Source: Alphaproteobacteria bacterium (GTDB lineage Bacteria > Pseudomonadota > Alphaproteobacteria > JAUHZY01). Taken from it: a DNA stretch of 64,000 nt. The notes beneath the pieces were generated by a model. The model saw only the letters and a program-made list of their open reading frames with translations, was not told the origin of the DNA and did not search any database. The translations under genes and the position numbers were made by a program. Positions 8,723-20,325 of the stretch are shown piece after piece. Where the stretch lies: assembly GCA_030425825.1 (NCBI GenBank), contig JAUHZY010000001.1, positions 838,834 to 902,833 of the forward strand, in the 5' to 3' direction. Positions within the stretch are counted from its first letter, which is position 1, and every line of letters begins with the position of its first letter.

Positions 8723-10801
8723 ATGTTTAATGAATTTAAAAAAGAAATTGAATGGGGCGGACGCACCTTAACACTTGAAACGGGCAAGGTTGCACGTCAA
8801 GCAACTGGCGCTGTCGTTGCCACTTATGGCGAAACGACTGTCCTTGCAACGGTTGTTGTTGCAAAAGAAGCTAAGCCTGATGCTGACTGGTTGCCACTAA
8901 CTGTCAACTTCCAAGAAAAACTTTATGCTGCAGGTAAAATTCCTGGTGGCTTTTTCAAGCGTGAAGGACGCCCAACAGAAAAAGAAACTCTAATCTGTCG
9001 TCTGATTGACAGGCCGATCCGTCCTCTTTTTGTTAAAGGTTTTTATAACGAAGTTCAGGTTATTATTAACGTCTTAAGCCATGATACTGAAAATGAAGCT
9101 GATATCCTTGCACTTGTTGCAACATCTGCTGCCTTGACGATTTCTGGCGTTCCATTCTTGGGTCCAGTCGGCGCTGCGAAAATTGGTTACAAAGATGGCG
9201 AGTTCATCCTAAACCCAACAATCCAGCAGGTTAAAGATTCTGAGCTTGAACTTATGCTTGCAGGAACATCTGAAGGTGTTCTTATGGTTGAATCAGAAGC
9301 AAATGAGCTTTCTGAAGAAGTGATGCTTGACGCTGTTAAATTTGGTCATGAAGCATTCCAACCTGTCATTGAGGCAATTATTGATCTTGCGGAACATTGT
9401 GCGAAAGAGCCAATGGATGCACCAGAAAAAGAAGATGGCTATGACGAACTGCATAAGAAAATCCAAGACATTGTTACTGAGCCTTTGAAAAAAGCATATA
9501 AAATTGTTGAAAAGCAAGATCGTCAAAATGCAATTTCAGAAGCAAAAGCTGCTGCTGTTGAAGCGCTTGCGAATGATGAGATTGGCGAAGCTGAAATCAT
9601 GCCTCACTTTAAAGAAATCGAAAGTGATATTGTTCGTAAGGATCTTCTAGAGAACAGCGTACGTATTGATGGCAGAAGCCCAACTCAAATTCGTCCAATT
9701 TTGTCTGAGGTCTCTTACCTTAAAAGAGCACATGGTAGCGCCCTATTTACACGTGGCGAAACACAGTCTATTGGCGTAACGACAATTGGTGATGAAAAAG
9801 AACAGCAGATGATTGACGCTATCACGGGTAAATACGATGAACGCTTTATGCTTCACTATAACTTCCCTCCTTTCTCTGTTGGTGAATGTGGCCGCACAGG
9901 TGGCGCAAGCCGTCGTGAAATTGGGCATGGTAAGCTTGCATGGCGCGCAATGAATCCTGTCTTGCCAAGCTGGGATGAATTCCCTTGTGCAATTCGCATG
10001 GTTTCAGAAGTGACTGAGTCAAACGGTTCATCTTCAATGGCAACTGTTTGTTCTGCCTCTCTCAGCATGATGGATGCGGGTATTCCTATTAAGCGTCCAG
10101 TTGCAGGTATTGCAATGGGTCTAATCAAAGAAGGAGACAAGCATCTTGTTCTTTCAGACATTCTTGGTGATGAAGATCACCTTGGTGATATGGACTTTAA
10201 GGTTGCAGGTACTGAAGAAGGTATTACGTCTCTTCAAATGGATATTAAGATTACATCCATTACGCAAGACATCATGAAAACAGCTCTTGACCAAGCAAAA
10301 GATGGGCGCCTTCATATTCTTGGTGAAATGGCAAAAACAATTACTGAGCCTCGTGAAGAAATCTCTGAACATGCGCCAAGAACTGTCTTCGTACAAATTC
10401 CACGCAGCAAGATTGCTGAAGTTATTGGAAGTGGTGGAAAAACAGTTAAAGGTATTGTTGAGAAGTCTAAGGCAAAAGTTGACATTAATGATGATGGTAA
10501 AATCAAAATCTTTGGTGCCAACAAAACGTCTGCCGAAATTGCTGTAAAAATGATTGAAGAAATCACTGTTGATCCTGAAATCGGAACAATTCATGACGGT
10601 AAAGTCATTAAGATTTTTGATTTTGGCGCGATGGTTTCTTTCTTTGGCAGCCGTGCTGGTTTGGTTCACATCAGTGAACTTGCACAAGAAAAAGTTGCTA
10701 AAGTTGAAGACGTTGTTCAAATCGATGATGAAGTCACAGTAAAAGTTGTTGGCTTTGATGATCGTGGACGCATCCAACTAAGCATCAAGCAAGCTTCTTA
10801 A
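8723..10801 (+). CDS. pnp: Polyribonucleotide nucleotidyltransferase (PNPase)
   Basis: 692 aa with two RNase PH domains, a KH domain ([15 protein letters not shown]) and C-terminal S1 domain. Confidence 0.95.
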   Translation: MFNEFKKEIEWGGRTLTLETGKVARQATGAVVATYGETTVLATVVVAKEAKPDADWLPLTVNFQEKLYAAGKIPGGFFKREGRPTEKETLICRLIDRPIRPLFVKGFYNEVQVIINVLSHDTENEADILALVATSAALTISGVPFLGPVGAAKIGYKDGEFILNPTIQQVKDSELELMLAGTSEGVLMVESEANELSEEVMLDAVKFGHEAFQPVIEAIIDLAEHCAKEPMDAPEKEDGYDELHKKIQDIVTEPLKKAYKIVEKQDRQNAISEAKAAAVEALANDEIGEAEIMPHFKEIESDIVRKDLLENSVRIDGRSPTQIRPILSEVSYLKRAHGSALFTRGETQSIGVTTIGDEKEQQMIDAITGKYDERFMLHYNFPPFSVGECGRTGGASRREIGHGKLAWRAMNPVLPSWDEFPCAIRMVSEVTESNGSSSMATVCSASLSMMDAGIPIKRPVAGIAMGLIKEGDKHLVLSDILGDEDHLGDMDFKVAGTEEGITSLQMDIKITSITQDIMKTALDQAKDGRLHILGEMAKTITEPREEISEHAPRTVFVQIPRSKIAEVIGSGGKTVKGIVEKSKAKVDINDDGKIKIFGANKTSAEIAVKMIEEITVDPEIGTIHDGKVIKIFDFGAMVSFFGSRAGLVHISELAQEKVAKVEDVVQIDDEVTVKVVGFDDRGRIQLSIKQAS

Positions 10802-11061
10802 ATGAAGCTGTTTTCTAGGCCTGACACAAGCATTGTGTTGGGCCTAAAAAACCAATAAATCCAAAGAGGTTTATCAAAATAATCCCCAAGCATTACATTT
10901 AATTCATACTTCTTCTGAGAACACCATAACGCTCATATGGAAAAATAAATTATTTATTTAAAATCAATAACTTAAAAAGCGTGCTTGTTTTTTCAGCACA
11001 TCATAAAAATTTGAGTGTTTCTGTCATTTTTTAAGCATTTGGATGTTTTATACACAAACTT

Positions 11062-11089
11062 ATCCACAGATTTTGTGGATGGTTTTTTA
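11062..11089 (+). terminator. Rho-independent terminator (ATCCACA-gattt-TGTGGAT + T-run) at end of pnp 3' region
   Basis: Perfect 7-bp stem followed by GGTTTTTTA. Abuts the stop of the convergent gene. Confidence 0.4.
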
Positions 11090-11091
11090 TG

Positions 11092-12096
11092 CTAAACCTT
11101 AACGTGTGAACATAATATTTTATGTACAAAAAGTAAGACAAAAATAACGCTTAAAACAAACGAAATTCCAGACATAATAAACAAGCTTAAAATAGCCAAA
11201 CAAATCAGAACTATGTTACACAAAAGAATTTGACTTGAAACATAAGAGTGCCCTCTCCCCCCATCAACTGCTTTTTGATAAAAGTGTTGGCGGTGTCCTT
11301 GGAAAACATTTTCGCGGTGCCTTAAACGCGAAAACAACGTGTATCCAGAATCAAACACATAATACATTGGCAAAATTATAGCAGCCTCAACGAATCCACT
11401 ATACGCCAACAAAATCAATAACCAGGCCATCATAAAGCCTAAAGGAACAGATCCAACATCTCCTAAAAACAGTTTGGCCGGCGCCCAGTTAAAATATCCA
11501 AAGGCAAGGATTGCAGAAAAAACACTTAAATATGGTATTAAACTGCTATATGAGTACCCAGCAACAAACAGCACAACAGCTGAACCCAAAGCAATAGAAG
11601 CGGTTTCAACAACCGTTATACCATCTATACCGTCCATAAAGTTATATAAGTTAATAAACCAGACCCACCCTATTACAATGAAGGCCTTTTCTAGGTGATA
11701 AGGAAGAATATCAGGAAACACTTGCTGTCCTTTAAATCCACCAACAGCTAGGGCACATAAAATAAAGTGTGCACAAAGCCTTACTTTTGGAGAAACGCCT
11801 TCTGTATCGTCACTCCACCCAAGAACACCCAGAAGAATCACCCCACCAACTAGCATTAATAAAGGCTTTGTTTGACCGAGAGGTGAAAGATGTGCATATA
11901 AAACTAAAGAAGGTACAACGGCAAACAAAACGGCAAGACCGCCACCTCTTGGGATTGGTTTTTTATGTGAACTACGATGATTCGGAACATCGAGAACATC
12001 TTTGTGAGCAAGATATGTTTTAAGAAAATAGGTCGTACAAAAAGAAACAATGAAAACCGCTGCAAGCCACAAAAAAAGTATTAAGGGCGTAAGCAT
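11092..12096 (-). CDS. Glycosyltransferase family 4, undecaprenyl-phosphate HexNAc-1-phosphate transferase (WecA/WbpL-like)
   Basis: [19 protein letters not shown] motif and about 10 TM segments. Confidence 0.8.
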   Translation of the reverse strand: MLTPLILFLWLAAVFIVSFCTTYFLKTYLAHKDVLDVPNHRSSHKKPIPRGGGLAVLFAVVPSLVLYAHLSPLGQTKPLLMLVGGVILLGVLGWSDDTEGVSPKVRLCAHFILCALAVGGFKGQQVFPDILPYHLEKAFIVIGWVWFINLYNFMDGIDGITVVETASIALGSAVVLFVAGYSYSSLIPYLSVFSAILAFGYFNWAPAKLFLGDVGSVPLGFMMAWLLILLAYSGFVEAAIILPMYYVFDSGYTLFSRLRHRENVFQGHRQHFYQKAVDGGRGHSYVSSQILLCNIVLICLAILSLFIMSGISFVLSVIFVLLFVHKILCSHVKV

Positions 12097-12737
12097 TTCA
12101 TATTCTCAGCATATTTTGTTGGCCCACCTTTAAAAGTGGCTGACCCCGCTACTAAAATTGAAGCCCCAGCAGCAGTAATATCTGCAGCGTTTTCTTTATT
12201 CACACCGCCATCTATCGAAATATCAATTTCAAAACCGTTCTCATCAACAATTGATTTTAGTTTTTTTATTTTTTCTAATACAGCAGGTATAAAGCTCTGG
12301 CCGCCGAAACCCGGATTCACACTCATCAACAAAACTAGATCAATATCTTCGTAAACATAATCCAGCACCTCAAGTGGTGTTGCCGGGTTCAGTGAAACAC
12401 CTGCTTTCTTGCCGAAAGACTTAATCAACTGAATAGACCTATGCAAATGTGGTCCAGATTCTGGATGCACAGTAATCATATCTGCACCAGCATCAACATA
12501 ATCAGGAATATATTGATCAACATTTTCAATCATTAAGTGCACATCAAACGGCAGATTTGTATGCGACCTTAGGGCCTTAATAACTGCAGGGCCAATTGTC
12601 AAATTGGGAACATAATGACCGTCCATCACATCCACATGAATCAAGTCTGCGCCTGCTTCGGTCACATCTTTTAATTCTTGGCCAAGTTTGGCGAAGTCCG
12701 CAGATAAAATAGAAGGTGCAATTTTTACATTTGTCAT
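12081..12737 (-). CDS. rpe: Ribulose-phosphate 3-epimerase
   Basis: [14 protein letters not shown]...[17 protein letters not shown]. Confidence 0.9.
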   Translation of the reverse strand: MTNVKIAPSILSADFAKLGQELKDVTEAGADLIHVDVMDGHYVPNLTIGPAVIKALRSHTNLPFDVHLMIENVDQYIPDYVDAGADMITVHPESGPHLHRSIQLIKSFGKKAGVSLNPATPLEVLDYVYEDIDLVLLMSVNPGFGGQSFIPAVLEKIKKLKSIVDENGFEIDISIDGGVNKENAADITAAGASILVAGSATFKGGPTKYAENMKCLRP

Positions 12738-12782
12738 AAGCCAAAGATAATCACAAAGGGAACGAACGGCAAGAAGATTTAT

Positions 12783-13574
12783 CTAAGAGCGATCTTTAAT
12801 GAGGGCTTGTGGGTTCACTTTTGGCTTTTCTGGCTCTAACGTGTGACCATTAAGCATTGCTTTCCACTCTTGCGGGCTGCGACTTTCCCAGTTACCTGTC
12901 AGCAAAGAAGGATTCTTCAATAAAGTTTTTAATGTTCCAAACCCTAGATTATTGACCATACTCATGACAGCTTGAAGATTGGGGTTCTTCCGAATATCTT
13001 CTGGCAAGGCCATATAGCTTTTTTGCATTGCCTTAGACATTTTATCGATTTGTATTTCCATTGAACCATCTGACATTTCTTTAACTTCTCGCTCTGTCAG
13101 TTTTGAAGCATACTTCTGAAGGACTTTTGATTTTTTCAGGCGCCCCTTAACGGCATCTTTATTAAAGTCACCTAGCTTTTGTGAAATATTTTGCCATTTT
13201 TCTGCCTTCATATGGAAGGAGTTGTTTTGTTGAGCCATTTGAATGATAACATCCCAGCGTCTTTTCTGATCTTCTTGGTGCTCTTTTTCTTTTTTAAGGC
13301 CGTCTAATATATCTTCAGGAATTTTATTAAAGCTTTTTAAGATACCTAGCTGTTGAACTTTTGCAAAAATATCATCCGGCATTTCCTTTAAAATATCGAT
13401 TTGATCTTTGCTTAATTCGCCTGGCGCAAAAGTTTCATTGATAACGCTCATACGTTGCTCTTGAGACAACCCACCCTCTGATTGAGATGATGATTCATTC
13501 GTTAGTTCATCTGTTGTCTCATCTTGATCCATAAAGTGACCTATACTTCTTTCAAGACTGGGCTTTGAAAACAC
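12783..13574 (-). CDS. Hypothetical hydrophilic protein (263 aa; start uncertain, GTG or internal ATG at 13532)
   Basis: Long ORF with no recognisable family. Rich in K/E/Q. Confidence 0.5.
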   Translation of the reverse strand: MFSKPSLERSIGHFMDQDETTDELTNESSSQSEGGLSQEQRMSVINETFAPGELSKDQIDILKEMPDDIFAKVQQLGILKSFNKIPEDILDGLKKEKEHQEDQKRRWDVIIQMAQQNNSFHMKAEKWQNISQKLGDFNKDAVKGRLKKSKVLQKYASKLTEREVKEMSDGSMEIQIDKMSKAMQKSYMALPEDIRKNPNLQAVMSMVNNLGFGTLKTLLKNPSLLTGNWESRSPQEWKAMLNGHTLEPEKPKVNPQALIKDRS

Positions 13575-13921
13575 TCAATCATAAACTTCGTGTAATCACC
13601 AAGTGTTAAGTCCCCTAGGCGACTTTGTGATTTCATCGTTAAACGCTCTGCGGGTGTTTTTTTAAAATACCCCTCCCAAACTTCACACGGAAAACTTGCT
13701 GGCTCTATTCCTTGCTCTACAAGGTGCTTCACCTCTTCTTCCGTTAATTCTTTCAAAAGATCTTGGTCCAAAAAACATTCTTTCAGTGCCGCAATATCTT
13801 TAGAAGAAAGAGGATATTGCTTACATTCATTAAACCAGGCCATTACCTTCTTTATTTCGCTAGACTGTTCCTCAGATAGCTCCCAATCTTGGCTTCCTGC
13901 AACTTGCTTCAACGTTGTCAT
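13541..13921 (-). CDS. Hypothetical protein (126 aa)
   Basis: RBS GGGAG upstream. No recognisable family. 3' end overlaps the next ORF. Confidence 0.5.
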   Translation of the reverse strand: MTTLKQVAGSQDWELSEEQSSEIKKVMAWFNECKQYPLSSKDIAALKECFLDQDLLKELTEEEVKHLVEQGIEPASFPCEVWEGYFKKTPAERLTMKSQSRLGDLTLGDYTKFMIECFQSPVLKEV

Positions 13922-13933
13922 AAGTTTCTCCCT

Positions 13934-14587
13934 CTATAAACTTTTAACTTCTGGTAATTCTATAAACTCTCGCAAAGATTGCAAAATATATTTTGCTTTA
14001 AATACAGGATCTTGTGAAGGCAACTCCATACCAGGTGCCTTAACTCTAACAGCTTCACACCCAATATTGTGCGCTGTCTCCATGTCAATCACAGAGTCTC
14101 CAACATACCAAACTGAATCATCTACAATAAAATCTGTGTCTTTCAAAGCAAGATACATGGGATCAGGCTTTGGTTTATCATAGGGTGCATCTGTCGCACC
14201 AACAACTGCAGAAAAGTATTTCTCCCAACCCATTTTTTCAACTTCTTGGCGCAGGTACTTTCCTGTCTTGTTACTGACAAGCGCAACAAAAACATCCTTA
14301 TTATATAGATAATCCACAAGCTCTTGAGCGCCATCGATCAGTGTTGTTTTTTCTAAATGTATTTCGTTAAAATGACGATAGTACACATCGCGTGCCTTTT
14401 CCCAATCATCTCCAAAAATAATAGGAAACTGGTCTCGGAGGGACTTTCCTAAAATACGGCGGGATTTTTCATAAGACCAGACTTCTTGTCCCATTTCTTC
14501 TTGAGCTTTTTGAAAAGATTCAACAATGACCCCCCAGCTATCAACCAAAGTTCCATCCCAATCAAATAATATCGCCTTTAATGTCAT
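13934..14587 (-). CDS. HAD-superfamily hydrolase (phosphoglycolate phosphatase-like)
   Basis: Motif [11 protein letters not shown]; motif III/IV K...[10 protein letters not shown]. Confidence 0.8.
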   Translation of the reverse strand: MTLKAILFDWDGTLVDSWGVIVESFQKAQEEMGQEVWSYEKSRRILGKSLRDQFPIIFGDDWEKARDVYYRHFNEIHLEKTTLIDGAQELVDYLYNKDVFVALVSNKTGKYLRQEVEKMGWEKYFSAVVGATDAPYDKPKPDPMYLALKDTDFIVDDSVWYVGDSVIDMETAHNIGCEAVRVKAPGMELPSQDPVFKAKYILQSLREFIELPEVKSL

Positions 14588-15063
14588 GAGTCTTTATCCC
14601 CTTTTAAGATCCGCGCTTTATCTCTCTGCCAGTCACGTTCTTTTATTGTCTGTCGCTTATCATGCAACTTTTTACCTTTAGCAAGCCCTATTTGTAACTT
14701 TGCACGCCCATTACGGTCAAAGTACATACGGAGTGGAACGGCAGTCATGCCGTCTTTCTGGATTGCACTGAAAATTTTATTAAGTTCACGACGATGCAGT
14801 AGCAGCTTGCGGTGGCGCCGTGGCGCATGATTCATTTTATTAGCATTTTTATATTCTTCAATATGCGCATTAATGAGAAAAAGCTCGCTATCTTCTTCAT
14901 CGGCGTAGGATTCGTTAATACTTGCTTTACCAAGGCGTAAAGACTTCACCTCTGAACCAAAAAGTTCTATACCAGCTTCATATGTATTGAGAATTTCATA
15001 ATCAAAGCGCGCCCTTTTGTTTTGAGCGATCAAGGATTTAGAGCTGTCTTTTTTTTTTGACAT
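14584..15063 (-). CDS. smpB: SsrA-binding protein
   Basis: [22 protein letters not shown]. Confidence 0.9.
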   Translation of the reverse strand: MSKKKDSSKSLIAQNKRARFDYEILNTYEAGIELFGSEVKSLRLGKASINESYADEEDSELFLINAHIEEYKNANKMNHAPRRHRKLLLHRRELNKIFSAIQKDGMTAVPLRMYFDRNGRAKLQIGLAKGKKLHDKRQTIKERDWQRDKARILKGDKDS

Positions 15064-15064
15064 C

Positions 15065-15955
15065 TTAAATCAAACCAACTTTTTGCATGGCTTCTTGTAC
15101 TTTCCTTTTTGATGCCTCTGAAATCTCAACCAACGGTAAACGTACATTCGGATTAATCTTTTTAATCAATGACAATGCATACTTTGCAGGCGCTGGATTG
15201 GTTTCACAAAACATTGCTTCGTGTAGGGGAAGAAGCATTTCATTGATCTCAATAACGCGGTCTAAATTACCTTGCGTCCAAGAGTTGTGAAGATCAGCAC
15301 AAAGTTTCGGTGCAACATTAGCGGTCACAGAAATACACCCAACACCACCTTGACTTAAGAACGGAACAATCGTTGTGTCCTCGCCAGAAAGCTGGAAAAA
15401 GTTATCTCCCAGGGCACATTTTGTTCTTAGTGGCTGCTCTAAATCGCCTGTCGCATCTTTGATGCCAACAACATGAGGCAAGCCAGCAATTCTTTCGATT
15501 GTATCGTCTGACATTCTAATGACAGAGCGCCCTGGAATATTATAAAGAATGATTGGAATTTCAACGCTGTCATGAACGGCTTTAAAATGTTGATACAATC
15601 CCTCAGCATTCGGCTTGTTATAATATGGCGTGACCAGCAAAACAGCATTGGCACCAGCATCTTTCGCAATTTGCGTTAATTGAATTGTTTTTGCCGTTGA
15701 GTTAGAGCCGGCACCAGCCATTACCGGAATACGCCCTGCAGAAGCTTCCACAGCAATTTCAATCAGCCTTTTTTGCTCTGACTCACTAATCGTTGGCGAT
15801 TCACCTGTCGTACCGCAAGGCACCAAACCATGTGTTCCTTGCTCAACATGCCACTCAACCATTTCTGCAAATGATGTTTCATCAATTTTCTCACCACCAT
15901 TCTTAAATGGTGTAACAAGCGCAACGTAAGATCCTTTAAACATTTTTCTATCCAA
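15065..15955 (-). CDS. dapA: 4-hydroxy-tetrahydrodipicolinate synthase
   Basis: [10 protein letters not shown]...[13 protein letters not shown]...NIPGRS. Confidence 0.9.
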   Translation of the reverse strand: MDRKMFKGSYVALVTPFKNGGEKIDETSFAEMVEWHVEQGTHGLVPCGTTGESPTISESEQKRLIEIAVEASAGRIPVMAGAGSNSTAKTIQLTQIAKDAGANAVLLVTPYYNKPNAEGLYQHFKAVHDSVEIPIILYNIPGRSVIRMSDDTIERIAGLPHVVGIKDATGDLEQPLRTKCALGDNFFQLSGEDTTIVPFLSQGGVGCISVTANVAPKLCADLHNSWTQGNLDRVIEINEMLLPLHEAMFCETNPAPAKYALSLIKKINPNVRLPLVEISEASKRKVQEAMQKVGLI

Positions 15956-18900
15956 AATAATCTGTTATATTTTCAACCTCAGGAATATTCAGCATATCCT
16001 GTCTAAAGTGTGCAGACAATGGATATGTTTTCTTCAAATTAATTTCAATCGTCTTACCCATTAACTCAACAACAAGTCGGACACGACCTTTTTTTCCTGT
16101 TTTTTGTGAGGCAATCGCTGTCTTTATCTCCTCAAGATCTACCTTTTCAGTAATATGAATACTAAAACCATTAATACTGCGTAAAGCAACCTTATCAAGC
16201 GGCTCTACTGTATGTGCTGTCAGCCTTAAGTTATCTCCCTCTATACTCCCATCAACAGTTAGGTAAACAGCTTTTCCTGGCTCAAGGTATTCTCTTGCGG
16301 AGGCCAGGGTTTCAGAAAACATTGTGACCTCATATGTTGCTGTTTGGTCTGACAAGGTTACAAATGCATACTTTGAACCACGTGCAGAAATACGCTCCTT
16401 TTTTGACGTAACGATGCCAGCAAGCCTCAAATGACCTTTTACATGTTTAAGGTTTTCAGCAATAACGGCTGCAGGAATAATTCCTAATTGCGACAAAGTA
16501 TCACCGTAGCTTGTCAAAGGGTGTGCTGACAGGTAAAAACCAACAGCATCAAATTCCATTCCTAACTTTTCGACAAGAGGCCACTCTTTTCTAGGTGGTA
16601 ATTCAATATTATCTTGCCCAAACTCTTCACCACCAAACATATTTTCCTGTGATGAGTGCTTGTCCTGGTAAATTGTTTGAGCATGCATGATCAGCTTATC
16701 AATATTGTCATAAACCTCTGCTCTGTTAGGATAAATCGAATCAAAAGCACCCGCTGAAACAAGATACTCTAGCTGTCTTTTATTCATCGTTTTAGGATCA
16801 ACACGTTTAACAAAATCACTCAAGTCTTTGAATTTTCCGTTTTCTTGGCGCTCTTTCACCAAAAGCTCCATTGCCTGCTCACCAACGTTTTTAAGCGCAC
16901 ACAAAGCATATCTCACAGCCAACTTTTCTTCATATTCTTCCACCGAAAAAACAACATCTGACGCATTGATATCTGGTGGCAGCAATTCAATACCAAGCCT
17001 TTCAAGCTCTTGCTTAAAAAGGCCAAGCTTGTCTGTGTTCCCCATATCATACGTCATACACGCCGCCAAAAATGCAACAGGATAATTTGCTTTTAGATAC
17101 GCCGTTTGATAGGCAATCAACGCATAAGCAGCCGCATGTGACTTATTAAAACCATACCCTGCAAACTTATTTACTTGATCAAAAATATGATTTGCCTGAT
17201 CGCTAGGAACATCTTTTTTTGCAGCACCTTCAATAAAGATTTTTCTTTGTGCATCCATTTCTTCTTTGATCTTTTTACCCATTGCGCGACGCAACAAATC
17301 AGCGCCCCCCAACGAATAGCCTGATAAGACCTGTGCAATTTCCATGACTTGCTCTTGATAAACCATAATACCAAATGTTTCTTCTAATATTGGCTTCAAA
17401 GATTCATGAAGATAATCTGGTTTTTCTTCACCTTTTTTTACTGCGATAAAATGTGGGATATTATCCATTGGTCCAGGACGGTATAAGGCAACCAAGGCAA
17501 TAATTTCTTCAAATCGATCTGGTTCTAATTTTTTAACGACATCCCTCATACCCGAGCTCTCAAGCTGAAAAACGCCTGTCGTTTCGCCACGCGAAAGCAT
17601 TTTATATGTTTTTTCGTCATCAATTGGAAGCGTTGCTAGATCGACCTCAACCCCCCTCACCTTGCCAACCAAGTCACACGCCGTAGCAAGAATTGTCAAT
17701 GTCTTCAGTCCCAAAAAGTCGAACTTCACGAGACCCGCTGCTTCTGCATATTTCATATTAAACTGTGTGATCGGCATATCAGAACGCGGATCACGATACA
17801 AAGGAGCCACCTCATAAAGGGGTCTATCACCAATAACCACACCAGCAGCATGCGTAGATGCATGGCGGTATAAGCCTTCAAGCTTCAATGCAATGTCAAG
17901 CAAGCGGCGAACTGTTTCATCGTCACGCGCTTGATCACTTAGCTCTCGTTCAGTCTTGATGGCTTCATTCAAAGACATTGGGTTTGCTGGATTGTTTGGC
18001 ACAAGCTTACAGATACGATCTACTTGGCCATATGGCATCCCCAGCACACGACCAACATCACGCAAAGCCGCACGTGCCTGCAACTTACCAAATGTAATGA
18101 TTTGCGCCACGTGATCACGACCATATTTCTTCTGCACATAGCGAATAACTTCATCACGGCGATCCTGGCAGAAATCAATATCAAAGTCAGGCATAGAAAC
18201 ACGCTCGGGATTCAAGAAACGCTCAAAAAGCAATCCCCAGCGCAAAGGGTCTAGGTCTGTAATTTTCAATGCCCATGCAACAACTGAACCAGCACCTGAA
18301 CCACGGCCAGGGCCAACGGGAATGTCATTATTTTTTGCCCATTTAATAAAATCAGAAACAATGAGAAAATAACCAGGGAACCCCATTTGCTGGATCGTTT
18401 TAAGCTCATGCTCTAAGCGATCTTTGTAAGCCTGCTGACTATCTTCAGCTATTTTTTCTTGCAAAAATCTTTCTTCCAGCCCTTCATGCGACCAATATGC
18501 AAGCTCGTCCGCTTGGGTACGCCCCCCTTCAGTCTCAAAATCTGGCAACATAGGTGCATGTTTTTCTGGGAAAAAGTGACAGCGCTTCGCGATTTCTACT
18601 GTATTTTGAATTGCTTCGGGAAGATCTTTAAACAGCTCAATCATTTGCCGTTGATCTTTGAAATAATGGTGTGATGTTAATCGTTTACGCTTTTGATCTG
18701 CAAGTGTCGTTCCTTGTGCAATGCACATTAAAACTTCATGCGCTTCGTGCATTGACTGGCTACCAAAATACACGTCATTCGTTGCGACAAGGGGCAAATT
18801 ATGCGCGTATGCCAGCTCTATCATTTCTTTTTCTATTTTGTCTTGGGCAGATGTATGGTGACGCATAATCTCGACATAAAGGCGTCCGTCAAAAATATTC

Positions 18901-19361
18901 TTAAGTGTAAGAAGAATCTGTTCGGCCTTATCTTTTTGTCCATGAGACAAATAATGCCCCATAGGACCAATCTCTCCACTGGTTAGAAAGAGCAGACCAG
19001 CACTGTGTGACTTTAACGTATCCAGCGTCACACTGATCTCAACAAGTGTTTCGTCCATATATGCGTCTGAAATCATTTTTAGAAGATTTTTATACCCAAC
19101 TTCATCTTGCACCAGTAAAAGAATCGGAACATATGTTTCTTTTTCTATTTCAAGCTGTATCTGGGAACCAATGATAGGTTGAACCCCTCTAGCTTGAGCA
19201 GCGACAGAGAATTCTAGCGCACCGAAAAGGTTATTATTATCACTAACCCCAACAGCAGGCATTTTATTTTTTGCAGCCATTGAAACGACTTGCGCTGGAT
19301 GTAAAGCGCCTTGCGACAATGAATAAGATGAGTGCACACGAAGATGTATAAACTGGGCCAT
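15948..19361 (-). CDS. dnaE: DNA polymerase III alpha subunit
   Basis: 1137 aa. PHP N-terminus FIHLRVHSSYSL..., polymerase core, OB fold. Confidence 0.95.
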   Translation of the reverse strand: MAQFIHLRVHSSYSLSQGALHPAQVVSMAAKNKMPAVGVSDNNNLFGALEFSVAAQARGVQPIIGSQIQLEIEKETYVPILLLVQDEVGYKNLLKMISDAYMDETLVEISVTLDTLKSHSAGLLFLTSGEIGPMGHYLSHGQKDKAEQILLTLKNIFDGRLYVEIMRHHTSAQDKIEKEMIELAYAHNLPLVATNDVYFGSQSMHEAHEVLMCIAQGTTLADQKRKRLTSHHYFKDQRQMIELFKDLPEAIQNTVEIAKRCHFFPEKHAPMLPDFETEGGRTQADELAYWSHEGLEERFLQEKIAEDSQQAYKDRLEHELKTIQQMGFPGYFLIVSDFIKWAKNNDIPVGPGRGSGAGSVVAWALKITDLDPLRWGLLFERFLNPERVSMPDFDIDFCQDRRDEVIRYVQKKYGRDHVAQIITFGKLQARAALRDVGRVLGMPYGQVDRICKLVPNNPANPMSLNEAIKTERELSDQARDDETVRRLLDIALKLEGLYRHASTHAAGVVIGDRPLYEVAPLYRDPRSDMPITQFNMKYAEAAGLVKFDFLGLKTLTILATACDLVGKVRGVEVDLATLPIDDEKTYKMLSRGETTGVFQLESSGMRDVVKKLEPDRFEEIIALVALYRPGPMDNIPHFIAVKKGEEKPDYLHESLKPILEETFGIMVYQEQVMEIAQVLSGYSLGGADLLRRAMGKKIKEEMDAQRKIFIEGAAKKDVPSDQANHIFDQVNKFAGYGFNKSHAAAYALIAYQTAYLKANYPVAFLAACMTYDMGNTDKLGLFKQELERLGIELLPPDINASDVVFSVEEYEEKLAVRYALCALKNVGEQAMELLVKERQENGKFKDLSDFVKRVDPKTMNKRQLEYLVSAGAFDSIYPNRAEVYDNIDKLIMHAQTIYQDKHSSQENMFGGEEFGQDNIELPPRKEWPLVEKLGMEFDAVGFYLSAHPLTSYGDTLSQLGIIPAAVIAENLKHVKGHLRLAGIVTSKKERISARGSKYAFVTLSDQTATYEVTMFSETLASAREYLEPGKAVYLTVDGSIEGDNLRLTAHTVEPLDKVALRSINGFSIHITEKVDLEEIKTAIASQKTGKKGRVRLVVELMGKTIEINLKKTYPLSAHFRQDMLNIPEVENITDYFG

Positions 19362-19419
19362 GGAAGCATTTTAATGATTTTGACCCATTTGGGAAGATGT
19401 ATTTACTGAATCAGAACAT

Positions 19420-19446
19420 AAAAAAAGGGGCCGAAAATTCGACCCC
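19420..19446 (-). terminator. Rho-independent terminator (minus strand) downstream of the 45-aa ORF
   Basis: GGGGTCGAATTTTCGGCCCC hairpin followed by TTTTTTT on the minus strand. Confidence 0.4.
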
Positions 19447-19472
19447 AAGTTGCCCATAAACTTTTAAGATGA

Positions 19473-19610
19473 TCAGCGTCCTTGATCTGAAACAAATTTT
19501 GCCTGCCTTAAGCTATCATTGTTTTGGCGTTCGTAATCACCAATACTATTAAATGCCTCTGCAAAGCCTTGAATCGTCGTTTTCTCTGTGTCATTTGGAG
19601 AAATAATCAT
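19473..19610 (-). CDS. Small ORF (45 aa) MIISPNDTEKTTIQGFAEAFNSIGDYERQNNDSLRQAKFVSDQGR
   Basis: GGAGG RBS 7 nt upstream of ATG. ATG lies 1 nt after the stop of the upstream 160-aa gene. Terminator downstream. Absent from supplied ORF track (<60 aa). Confidence 0.35.
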   Translation of the reverse strand: MIISPNDTEKTTIQGFAEAFNSIGDYERQNNDSLRQAKFVSDQGR

Positions 19611-19611
19611 A

Positions 19612-20094
19612 TTAAACCTCCACCGCTATTTGTGGGAAACAGTCATTAGCTTCTGCCAGCAGATGAACAAACTGCCTAACATCTTGTGGCGTTGCTTTTT
19701 TCTTTGCTGAACGCCTCAAAGCTTTCTTCAGTCTTTCAAAAAGACCGCTATCTGCATCACGCAAGTCTCTCAAAAATGCTTTTAATGGTTTTGCAGCAAC
19801 TTCTTTGTGCAATCTAGCTTTAATGCTTTTTTCGGCAACCATACGCTGCATAAGCGGCATCGCTATTAACTCTTTATACTTCGTTTGATAGAAAGCATAT
19901 AAGTCATCAATTTTTGTGACATCAATGTTTGTGACAATACCTGCACGCACAACATCCTCGGCAAGTCTCACAAAAGCTTCTCTATCTTGAAGCGTGCTTT
20001 CAAACTCTTTTTGGAATTCTGCGTAAAGAAGTGGCCAACGCACACTGAGTTCTAGAAATGGGTTTACTTGGTTTATCTCTTTTTTTACTGCCAT
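19612..20094 (-). CDS. Hypothetical protein (160 aa)
   Basis: RBS AAAGGAGGGG upstream. No recognisable family. Confidence 0.5.
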   Translation of the reverse strand: MAVKKEINQVNPFLELSVRWPLLYAEFQKEFESTLQDREAFVRLAEDVVRAGIVTNIDVTKIDDLYAFYQTKYKELIAMPLMQRMVAEKSIKARLHKEVAAKPLKAFLRDLRDADSGLFERLKKALRRSAKKKATPQDVRQFVHLLAEANDCFPQIAVEV

Positions 20095-20325
20095 CGTCCC
20101 CTCCTTTTTAGTAAGGTTCTAAGCATTTTTTAAGGTGCCCTCGGCGAGAGAATCTTGGTTTTGGAACTGCCTCAAAAACTACCCTTAAGCTTGTCGCTAT
20201 TGGTGTTTCGTTGCTTCCTCTTCCTTCTTCCATCCCCGAGGGGAAATCGTACTGGGCAAATATTTCTTACAAGGATAAGTATATCAGGTTTTGGGGCAAA
20301 AGACAATGGGTCGGAAAAGTGAAGC

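Noticed and set aside
10154-10777. 207-aa antisense ORF inside pnp
   Set aside because: Wholly inside a highly conserved gene on the opposite strand. AT-rich antisense frames are commonly open. No RBS.
10817-10845. Hairpin AGGCC..GGCCT just after pnp as a terminator
   Set aside because: Flanked by T-run upstream and A-run downstream, the wrong polarity for either strand. Recorded only as a stable hairpin.
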